From positions 32,001 to 96,000 of the forward strand of contig CAWAOD010000003.1 of NCBI GenBank assembly GCA_963783575.1: DNA of 64,000 bases. The letters run 5' to 3'. The notes under the pieces are model-generated. The model did no database searches. It had not been told where the DNA came from and saw nothing but the letters and a program-made list of their open reading frames with translations. Below, piece after piece: positions 34,762 to 43,652 of the stretch. The DNA is from an uncultured Spirochaetota bacterium (GTDB lineage Bacteria; Spirochaetota; Brevinematia; Brevinematales; JAOACQ01). The translations under genes were made by a program, and so were the position numbers. The first letter of the stretch is position 1. The number at the start of each line of letters is the position of its first letter.

Positions 34762-35577
34762 ATGGAGCATAACTTGAGATTACCTGTATACCTGGATATC
34801 AGAAACTTTTTTACAATCTTGATTATCATTATCGCGGTTATCTTAGATCAAACCCGTTTTTGTTTTCATTTATTATTGAATAGAAAGAACGGAAAACCTT
34901 TTAACAGCATCAAAAATTCTTTATTAGGCAATTATATCGCCTGGAATTACTATTTGCACTGGAAACATGAAGGCGATGAATGGACTCAGGATGCATCATT
35001 AAATAATAAAGACCCGTTAGTCTGGAAAAATGAGATTCTGGAATTGATTTCACATTATGCTAAAAATAATTCGAATATTCTGGAAATAGGCCCTGGTTCG
35101 GGAAGATGGACAAGAACCCTGACAGCTTATGCTCAAAAACTTTATCTGGCTGATATCTCTGATAAGTGTCTGAAAATATGCAGAGAAAAGTTTCCGGATA
35201 AACCGCTGATCCTTATTGATTCCAGATTTAAGGAGTACAATTTCATTCCATCCGGCAGTATTGATTTTATCTGGTCTTATGACGTGTTTGTCCATTTGAA
35301 TCCAAAGGAAATCGGCGAATATTTTGAGTTATTCGGACGGATTTTAAAACAGGATGGGACGGCAATTATTCATCATATTGCAGATTTCCCGTCATTTTTT
35401 TATCGAATATATTATCACAGAAGCCACACCGATAATAAAATAATTATGGACATGCTCAGAAAGCACCATCTGCGGCTGGTAGAGCAGAAAGACGCAATAG
35501 CACATTTTAAAGGAGATACCGTCAGTATTATCCGTAAAGAATTATGCAATGACAATAATCAAATTCTTAACTATTAA
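34762..35577 (+). CDS. Class I SAM-dependent methyltransferase with N-terminal hydrophobic segment
   Basis: ILEIGPGSGRWT, ADISDKCL, IDFIWSYDVFVHL, RILKQDG. Confidence 0.85.
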   Translation: MEHNLRLPVYLDIRNFFTILIIIIAVILDQTRFCFHLLLNRKNGKPFNSIKNSLLGNYIAWNYYLHWKHEGDEWTQDASLNNKDPLVWKNEILELISHYAKNNSNILEIGPGSGRWTRTLTAYAQKLYLADISDKCLKICREKFPDKPLILIDSRFKEYNFIPSGSIDFIWSYDVFVHLNPKEIGEYFELFGRILKQDGTAIIHHIADFPSFFYRIYYHRSHTDNKIIMDMLRKHHLRLVEQKDAIAHFKGDTVSIIRKELCNDNNQILNY

Positions 35578-35618
35578 ACACTGTTATAAATTGATGGCAA
35601 TTATTTAGAGACAAGTAA

Positions 35619-36356
35619 TTATAACTCAAGGAAAAAAATATTGCTAAAAAAGAAAAAACCGCTCCCGATGACAGCATGAACGATTGATACCCCGACTATT
35701 GACCTGGTTTTTTCATAATAAAACCCCAGAAACACTGATAATACAAAAGTTAGTAAAAATACCTGAAATCCCAGTATTACATGAAAATTGGCAAAAACCA
35801 GAGAAGAGACAAGGATGGAATAAATTTTTTTATTTATAAAATCATCAAATAACGCGATAAAATAACTTTGAAGAATACCCCGGGTTATAAGTTCCTGTAA
35901 TGCAGCCACATATATATAAATGACATAATTAATATGAAATTTTATGTTAAAGCCATACTCCATATGTCCTGTTGAATATAAATATATCCTAATAAGAATT
36001 ACTATTCCAAGCCCAACAATGCTGATTATTGAACCGCTTACAATATTGAATTTCAGCCTGTTCAAATTCAATCCGTAATTCTTCATATGATACGGCATAA
36101 GAAAATAACAAGCAATTGAGACAATTGAAAGAAACACCGTATAGAAAATATTAATAGCGCCGAATTTTAATATCTTTTGATAATATAGTATCATGCAAAA
36201 TGTATTTATTGTAAAAGCAATAATTATAATATTAAAATTAACCTGAGATGTAATTAATCTTTTCCTATAAAGAGATTCCTTTGACACAGGATGATCGGTA
36301 TTCTTCTTTTTTGTTAAATACCGGATTAATTTTGAATTTATCAACTTAGATGACAT
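35619..36356 (-). CDS. CPBP/CAAX (Abi) intramembrane metalloprotease
   Basis: LQELITRG (EE motif reads QE), FANFH, SIVHAVIG; multiple TM segments. Confidence 0.8.
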   Translation of the reverse strand: MSSKLINSKLIRYLTKKKNTDHPVSKESLYRKRLITSQVNFNIIIIAFTINTFCMILYYQKILKFGAINIFYTVFLSIVSIACYFLMPYHMKNYGLNLNRLKFNIVSGSIISIVGLGIVILIRIYLYSTGHMEYGFNIKFHINYVIYIYVAALQELITRGILQSYFIALFDDFINKKIYSILVSSLVFANFHVILGFQVFLLTFVLSVFLGFYYEKTRSIVGVSIVHAVIGSGFFFFSNIFFLEL

Positions 36357-36490
36357 TTCCGCCTCATTTTAAAATACAATGTTATTAATTAATTATGATG
36401 GTTTGAAAAACCAGCATTATCATATACAAATAGTATATAAAATTATATCATCATAGTCAAAGAAAACAGAGATGCCAATGCGATCAAAAT

Positions 36491-37420
36491 CTAATTATGC
36501 TCTACTGTGATGACTACATTTCCCTTTTTGTGACCTTTATCGACATACCGGTGAGCCTCGGCCACCTGTTCCAGAGGATAGCACCTGTCGATTACGGGTT
36601 TTATCTTCCCTGTCTCAACCAGCCCCTTGAGTAAAATTAAATCTTCAATATATACCTTTGGTGTTCCATCGTCGACAGATATGTATTTTCCATAAGGAGC
36701 CAGCGCTTTTTTGCACTGAACCTTGAATTTTGAGCTTTTTCTCTTTCCGGCTGCGTCAAAAATAAAATCATAAAGCTCTCTTCTGTTAGTAAAATCCTCT
36801 TTTGTATAATCAATTACCGAATCTGCCTCAAGAGATTTCACAAATTCCAGATTTGTTGTACTGCAAACCCCGGTAACTTCAGCCCCAAAGTGCCTGGCAA
36901 GCTGCACGGCTGAAGTCCCGACTGCCCCGGAAGCTCCGTAAATAAGAATTTTTTTCCTTTTTTCAATATTTCCTTTTTTCAGATAATGCAATGCCAGAAG
37001 TCCGCCGTAAGGAACTGCCGCTGCTTCCTCATAGTTCACATTGTCTGGCTTAATTGCCAGCATCCCTTTTTCCGGCATACATTTGTACTCGGCATATGCT
37101 CCGAAAGCCGGAAAAAGGTCCCATCCAAACACATGATCACCTTTTTTAAATAATTTTACATCATTGCCAATAGATTCAATTTCTCCGGCCAGAACTATCC
37201 CGAGTATGGGCTGCCTCGGTTTCGTAAAGCCTATCGCCAGTCCCATCGGAAGCCAAAAACTGACAGGAACATTAAAACCCCGGATTATACAGTCACTTGC
37301 CGTTACTGCTGTTGCATGAATTTTTATCAAAACTTCATTTTTCCCAGGTGCAGGTTTTTCCACCTCTTTAAGCTTGAGAACTTCCGGCGGTCCGTATTTT
37401 ACGCATAAAATCGCTTTCAT
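36491..37420 (-). CDS. NAD(P)-dependent MDR/quinone oxidoreductase-like protein
   Basis: [49 protein letters not shown]. Confidence 0.9.
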   Translation of the reverse strand: MKAILCVKYGPPEVLKLKEVEKPAPGKNEVLIKIHATAVTASDCIIRGFNVPVSFWLPMGLAIGFTKPRQPILGIVLAGEIESIGNDVKLFKKGDHVFGWDLFPAFGAYAEYKCMPEKGMLAIKPDNVNYEEAAAVPYGGLLALHYLKKGNIEKRKKILIYGASGAVGTSAVQLARHFGAEVTGVCSTTNLEFVKSLEADSVIDYTKEDFTNRRELYDFIFDAAGKRKSSKFKVQCKKALAPYGKYISVDDGTPKVYIEDLILLKGLVETGKIKPVIDRCYPLEQVAEAHRYVDKGHKKGNVVITVEHN

Positions 37421-37451
37421 TCAAGTCTCCTCTTAAAATAATTGTGATTTT

Positions 37452-38093
37452 TTAAGTCCGTTTTTTTGCAACAATAAAATAACCATTTATCATATGATAG
37501 ATTTTTTCGGTTCCAATAATCTGTAGATCTTTGCTAGTTATTATATTTTCTAATTCGGAAAATTTAAATCTTTTCAAATTTTGAGAAACCAAACCGGTTT
37601 TACTAAGTATGATAATTGGATAAAATAGAAGTTTAGCCAGTAAAGCCATATTTTCTGCAAGACATGGAGTTGATGAAATAAATAAACCTCCCGGCTTCAA
37701 TAATTCGGTTATTCTTTGTATAACCTGCCGGTTATCTTCCATTAAATGAAGAATATTGAATGCCAATATCACATCAAATGATCTTTTTTTATATTTTTCA
37801 TCATATATACTTGCCTGCTTAAAATCAATATTTTCAATTTTATATTCAATTGCCTTTCTTTTCGCAATCTCGATCATTTTGGATGATATATCAATGGCAT
37901 GAATCTTTTTCACATTACCGGCAATTTCGATGGCTAAAGTTCCAGGTCCGCAGCCAAATTCTAAAACAATATCTTTTGCATTAAGATATTTTTTAGTTTT
38001 ATCAATAATCCTTATCAAACCCGGGTCAGGACGCTTTTCAACCTTTTCATATTTATTCGCTATCTTATCCCAAAATTTTTCCGTTTTATTCAT
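37452..38093 (-). CDS. Class I SAM-dependent methyltransferase
   Basis: FWDKIA, VLEFGCGPG, IDISSKMI, FDVILAFNILHL, LLKPGGLFIS. Confidence 0.9.
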   Translation of the reverse strand: MNKTEKFWDKIANKYEKVEKRPDPGLIRIIDKTKKYLNAKDIVLEFGCGPGTLAIEIAGNVKKIHAIDISSKMIEIAKRKAIEYKIENIDFKQASIYDEKYKKRSFDVILAFNILHLMEDNRQVIQRITELLKPGGLFISSTPCLAENMALLAKLLFYPIIILSKTGLVSQNLKRFKFSELENIITSKDLQIIGTEKIYHMINGYFIVAKKRT

Positions 38094-38224
38094 TTCAATT
38101 CCTCCTGGGATTTCTCCGTTGGATTTTTTAGTCTCATTATTTTTCCAATATTTTCAAAGTTTATTTTATCTACCCCATTGTATGGGATAGTGCGGGTTTT
38201 ATCCTGCGATAGAGTCCAAGCCGC

Positions 38225-38649
38225 TTAAAACTCAATCCTGAAACCGGCGAGTGGAACCAGCGGCACCTTTTCCAGGCCGTTGACATAAGTATAGGATATC
38301 TAGCCTGAAAGCCAATCTCCTTTTTTAGGCTTTTTCTGAAGGTAAATACCTTCGATCCTAAACATATAATCCGGATCAGAGTAATCGCCACCTATTATAG
38401 CATGATAAACCTTTTCGCTCTGTAGACCGGGATTACCAGTATTGCTGTCCATCTCAAGAATATTCATGGGAAATTTATGATACAGAAGCCCTTATTGTCG
38501 CTAATAAGGTTTAGTTTGAGCTCGGGTATAGCAAGGCTCGCATCCTCAACCGGGACTCTGCCATCCGTGACTTTTACGGCAAGAGTCGCCGGATAAATCG
38601 AGACGAATGCCATGAAAAAGAAGACCGGTATGACAATTATTTTCTTCAT
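38225..38649 (-). pseudogene. Heavily deleted remnant of a TonB-dependent outer-membrane receptor
   Basis: Signal peptide + VKVTDGRVPVEDA N-domain, then in a shifted frame GNPGLQSEKVYH, FRIEGIY, LQKK..WLSG*ISYTY and C-terminus PLVPLAGFRIEF*. Confidence 0.7.
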
Positions 38650-38673
38650 TTAAACAACTCCTTAAAGTATATT

Positions 38674-38928
38674 TTACTTTTCGATATCCGGCAAATCTGT
38701 ATCGGGTATACATGTAAGCCCTGTCCGGGGAGCGTGTTCTACAGGACTGATCGAGACCAGAGGTATACCCAGATCACGCAGTTTCTTCAGCAGCCCATAC
38801 AGCGCGGCCTGATCGGCAACCGGGCCGGTTAAAAGAGTATCGCCGTTTTCTTCAAGCGCGATGGTCAGGCCAAACCAGTCTGTCCATTGCCGGCCAAGAT
38901 GGCCTTTTATCCTGATTTGATAGATCAT
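38674..38928 (-). CDS. Small conserved hypothetical protein of the YQIRIKGHL...WFG...GPVADQAALYGLL type
   Basis: Recognisable conserved sequence pattern; ATGA overlap with the upstream gene at 38925-38928. Confidence 0.7.
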   Translation of the reverse strand: MIYQIRIKGHLGRQWTDWFGLTIALEENGDTLLTGPVADQAALYGLLKKLRDLGIPLVSISPVEHAPRTGLTCIPDTDLPDIEK

Positions 38929-39749
38929 GGATTGCCCCTCCATGTCCCTGCTTTTTCAAGCTTTAATATGCCATCGGGATTTTTAGTTTCAATAACCAAA
39001 CCGCGGCTGCCTATTTCAATATATATAAAGTCCTGTGACACATCATGGAAGCCCTGAATAAGTTTGCCAATAAATGGATCTGCAATGGTATAGCCATATT
39101 TACCCACCTTGAATTTTCCAGCCGGTACATCAACGGTTTCATCACCGTAATATTTCGAGCTTATTGGTATAGGGTCTTTCACAACCCGGGGAATGATCGA
39201 ATAAGCTATGCCGGGCTTGCTCATATCAAGAAAACGCATTCCGATAACAATCGAATCAGGATCCCAGCATGAATATCCCGGCTTTATAGGCATATGGCTA
39301 TTCATTGTTGAAATTGTATATCCGTCCCAGTAATATTCCCTGAAGATGGCCTTCATATCATTTGTGTCAATATCAATTTCAAAGCCTGCCTGTCCTTTAT
39401 TTTTTGTTTTTTTAATTTCATCAAGCCGCATGCTACGGCTTTTTATCAATGACCCTCCTGATAATGAAACCTCTATGCGTTCATGGTAATTTGTATAACT
39501 TTCAGGCATATTTTCTTCCGTATTGGTCCTGTCAATGTATATGACAGCACGGTCATTCCCTTTAAGCCGGATGACAATATTCATTATACCGGTTATTTCA
39601 CCTCCCTGATAATAGCCATAAACAAGGAATTCCCCGTCGGTAACTTTTACTTTTTTTACCGCGGCAGGCCCGTTCCCGCCTGCAAAAATCCCGCAACCGC
39701 ATATTGCCGAAATCAGCATCAATATGATAATTATTTTATATTCTTGCAT
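38925..39749 (-). CDS. Secreted DUF3108-like protein, paralogue A
   Basis: Signal peptide; GDETVDVPAGKF motif; shared motifs with 62470-63309 and 63313->64000. Confidence 0.65.
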   Translation of the reverse strand: MQEYKIIIILMLISAICGCGIFAGGNGPAAVKKVKVTDGEFLVYGYYQGGEITGIMNIVIRLKGNDRAVIYIDRTNTEENMPESYTNYHERIEVSLSGGSLIKSRSMRLDEIKKTKNKGQAGFEIDIDTNDMKAIFREYYWDGYTISTMNSHMPIKPGYSCWDPDSIVIGMRFLDMSKPGIAYSIIPRVVKDPIPISSKYYGDETVDVPAGKFKVGKYGYTIADPFIGKLIQGFHDVSQDFIYIEIGSRGLVIETKNPDGILKLEKAGTWRGNP

Positions 39750-39898
39750 AATCCGTCCTCCTTTTTTTTATTCATTCACAGAGTTTAATTTAACAATATT
39801 ATAAATGAAAGGAGTATTGCTTTAAAGATACTAAAGTACTGTTTTAAGGTATTGTTTTTTGGTGGAATTCTGGATTTGCTTGAAAATTAGCTTTTATT

Positions 39899-42563
39899 CT
39901 ACAAAAGCCCTAGCTCGCGAGCGCGCGCTGCGGCTTCTATGCGGTTTTGTACCTGAAGCTTGCCGAAGATATTCCTGTTGTGGCCTTTAACGGAACTCAA
40001 TGCGAGGAAAAGCCGCTCGCAAATCTCATTATTTGAGAGTCCCTGGGCAATGAGACGAAGCACTTCCAGTTCACGCTGACTTAGCGGTTCGATGAGAGGC
40101 TGGGATGATAGCGGATATGATTTGTCTTCTTTGTTTTTCAAAGTTTTAAACACAGCCAGAAGTTTGCCAGTATAGTCCGGCTTAATCCCATGAACTAAGG
40201 CTTCCGATAATAGCCTGGCCATAGGCAGCCCTTCATCTATAAAGATACGGATGAAGCCGCCCGGTTCTGCCATTACAAGCGCATCACCCAGCAGCTGTAA
40301 AGCACTGTCTTTTTCTCCATGTTCATATAGCGCTATTGTCTGTAAAACCATCAACTTAAGCAGTTCATCCTTCCAGCCCTTCGCCTCAGTCTGCCGGCGC
40401 AATGGATCCAGCGCCAACAGCGCAGCTGAAGTTTCTCCCCTTGCCAGGCATACCCTGGCAAGGCTGGCGGGGAGATCGATTTTTCCCGGCCAGTTGAGCG
40501 GCTGCCTCAATATTACCCTGATGAAGAAGTATCAGTACCTGCATGGCAGCGATTTCGGGAATCCTGTAAACAAAGTTATGCTTATGAACAGCTTGGTCAG
40601 CCTCAACTAAAACAGAGGCCGCACCGGCTGAATCTCCCATAGCAAGTTTAAGGCGGGCAAGAAATACTTCACATAAAATGAATCTGTCAATAACACTCTC
40701 ATACTGCCGGGCCAGTTGAAGGCTCTTTTGCCCATGCTGCAGAGCGGTATCAAGATTGTTCCATTCATATAATATGCGTGCCAGGCCAAGGTGCACTTCG
40801 CCGGCATTTGGCTGCGGATGGTCGCCGAAAAGCTGCAGAGCCCGTTGGTAGGTTTCGGCAGCCTGGTAAAGCTGGTTTTCCAGCTCCTGTATTAAACCGA
40901 GTCCGCTAGTAGCTAAAACTTTGTTGAAGATATTACCGGACGCCTGACTAATTGTTAAGGCTTCGGTAAAGGCCCGGCCGGCTGAAACACGGTCTCCCTG
41001 AAAACCATAGGCCGTCCCAAGTATCCAGTTAGAGGTAGCCCGGAAAGTCAGGTTGTCGGGATGAAGATACTCCAGTGCGCGGCGCGATTGTACAATCATC
41101 GCTTCTGTCTGGTACCGGGTAAGCGCCAGCGTAGCCCTTGCAGTGGCAATTTGTCCGGCAAGGTTTCTTGTCTTTTCGTCCGGTTCGGTGCCATGCAAGG
41201 CTGCTTCAGCCGCTTGCAGCTTCTCTTCAACACCGGAGGTTTGACCGGTAACCAGTAACATTGTGCCATACCTTACCCATAACATAGGCCTGGTATCCAG
41301 TACTTCATTCGGAAGCGAAGCCAGCCAGTCCAAAATGGCGGTTACCGCACCGCGAAAGTGTATGGGCATCCCTTTCCCATCAATCAGCCGTTCAGCGCGC
41401 TCAATATCATTGGCGGCAGCAGCATGTTGAAAAGCCTCAATCTCCAGGTTATTGCTTTCATACCACCGGCTCGCTCGAATATGCAATTCGGACACATCCG
41501 CGGAGGCAGTATTCTGGAGCAGCCGCTGCCTCAACAAATCGGCAAAGAGATGATGATAGCGGTACCAACGCCGATCGTTGTCCAGGGGAATGACAAAGAG
41601 GTTGGCGTGTTCGAGATATTCAAGGGTTTCCTGCCCGCAAGCTGATGAATCCGGCAGAATGGCATCGCAAAGCGGCCCGCACAGTCGATCGAGGATAGAC
41701 GTACGCAGCAGGAAATACTGGATATTTTCGGATTGCTGACTCAGGACTTCTTCAACCAGATAGTCCAGTACGAAATGGTGGCTGCCGGTAAAAGATCTGA
41801 TAAAGCCGGCAGTGTCTTTATTCCCCTGCATTGAAAGCGCGGCTAATTGTAAGCCGGCAATCCAGCCTTCTGTCCGGGTTTCTAATGCGGCGATATCTTC
41901 CAAAGAGAGGGTTAAGCCCATCGTATTGTTGAGAAATCCTGCGGCTTCGGAAGGAGTAAACCGCAGGTCACCGACACGCAGTTCGGTCAATTGACCACGG
42001 GCGCGTAAACTGGCCAAAGGTAGATTCGGATCCTCACGGGTGGCAATTATCAGGTGCATCTGCGGCGGCATGCGCTCTATCAGAAAGACAAGGGCATTAT
42101 CAACCGGTCTGGCATCAATAACATGGTAGTCGTCAAGGACTATAGTAAAATCCTGAGGTATGGCGGATATTTCATTGATAAGCGCTGTCAGAATAGACTC
42201 GGTTGACGGTGGTTGAGGAGATTGGAGCGCCCCCAGCAATCCTTCTCCAAGATTCTTTGCAATCCAGGCAGGCTCACTGCTGGCTTTACTCAATTCAAGC
42301 GTCTGCAAACCGGCAATGAGGTAAGTCAGAAAACGGGCGGGGTCATTGTCCCCTTCGTCCAGCGACAGCCAGGCAACCGGCTGCCTGCAATAAGCGGCCC
42401 ATTCGATGACCAGCGTTGTTTTACCAAACCCTGCCGGTGCAGAGATGAGGGTCAGTTTGCTCTGAAAGTCCTTGTTTAACCGCTTAATCAAGCGGGTGCG
42501 AAGGACAGTGTTAGGCCGGGGCGAGGGGATATAAAGTTTAGTGGTTAAAATTAATTTTGACAT
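39899..42563 (-). CDS. MalT-like LuxR regulator (STAND ATPase-TPR-LuxR HTH); frameshift near 40480
   Basis: LTTKLYIP, SAPAGFGKTTL, VLDDYH, TEGWIAGLQL, WYRYHHLFAD, EPLSQRELEVLRL...SVKGHNRNIFGKL. Confidence 0.92.
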
Positions 42564-42594
42564 AAACTAATTATCACATTTAATTGTATTTTTA

Positions 42595-43563
42595 TTACAT
42601 AGTTATTAATATTTTTCCCCGTGCATGCCCTTCTTCAAGATACCGTAAAGCTTGTGCAGCCTCTCTTAAAGGGTAACGCCTATCTATAACAGGTTTAATT
42701 CTGCCGGCTTCGAGAAGCTCTTTTATGAAAACCAAATCTTTCTGGTTTGATTTTGCAATCATACCCCCCATTTTCTTACCTCCGCCCATTGACATTAAAG
42801 GCCCCAGTAATAAAGCCTCAAGCATTTGAGCCCCGGAACCCCCGGCCATCACATAAATTCCATTAGAACTTAATGCACGCTTATAATCCGAAATAGGATG
42901 ATATCCGTTAGCAGCAAGTATAAGGTCATAATGCTGACCGTTTTGGGTGAAATCTTCCCTGGTATAATCAATAGCATGGTCAGCCCCAATCGAGAGTATC
43001 ATATCCAGATTCCTGGTGCTGCATACACCGGTAACTTCAGCCCCAAAGTATTTGGCAATCTGTACCGCAAACGTACCCACTCCTCCTGAAGCACCGTTAA
43101 TTAAAACCTTTTGTCCCGGCTGAATCTGCCCTTTATTGCGAAGCCCCTGAAGCGCGGTAATTGCCGCCACAGGTACAGCGGCTGCCTCATCAAAAGAAAT
43201 ATTGGCCGGTTTAAGTACCAAAGCATCTTCACTGGCACAAGCATACTCGGCAAAACCTCCCAAACCGCAAACGAATAAATTCCCGAATACCTCATCGCCC
43301 GCCTTAAAATGTTTCACATTTCTTCCAACCTCTTCAACCTTTCCTGCTATGTCAGCTCCGAGTATCGTGTTTTTTGGTTTTAAAAACCCGGTGAATAAGC
43401 GTGCAACAAACGGGTCAGCTCTAAGAAGATGACTGTCGGCCGGATTCACGGATGTCGCATGAATTTTTACCAGAACTCCATCTTCCTTTAAGGCGGGTTT
43501 TTCCACCTCTTTAAGGTGAAGAACATCAGGTGAACCATATTTTTCGTATACAATTGCTTTCAT
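42595..43563 (-). CDS. NAD(P)-dependent MDR/quinone oxidoreductase-like protein (paralogue of 36491-37420)
   Basis: YGSPDVL, SVNPAD, INGASGGVGTFAVQIA, IKPVIDRRYPL, GHARGK. Confidence 0.9.
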   Translation of the reverse strand: MKAIVYEKYGSPDVLHLKEVEKPALKEDGVLVKIHATSVNPADSHLLRADPFVARLFTGFLKPKNTILGADIAGKVEEVGRNVKHFKAGDEVFGNLFVCGLGGFAEYACASEDALVLKPANISFDEAAAVPVAAITALQGLRNKGQIQPGQKVLINGASGGVGTFAVQIAKYFGAEVTGVCSTRNLDMILSIGADHAIDYTREDFTQNGQHYDLILAANGYHPISDYKRALSSNGIYVMAGGSGAQMLEALLLGPLMSMGGGKKMGGMIAKSNQKDLVFIKELLEAGRIKPVIDRRYPLREAAQALRYLEEGHARGKILITM

Positions 43564-43652
43564 AAAACTCTCCTGAATCGTTAGATTATTTTAAATGAGA
43601 TTTTCGAAATGTTCTCATTTCAATTTAAATTATATCATAATCTTAATGTTTT

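Noticed and set aside
25466..38302. Amber (TAG) recoding, suggested by two TAGs at expected Trp positions (25466 and ~38300)
   Set aside because: TAG ends several clearly complete genes here (506, 19873, 36491, 39899), TGG is used normally, no pyl genes are present, and the second case lies in an obvious relic
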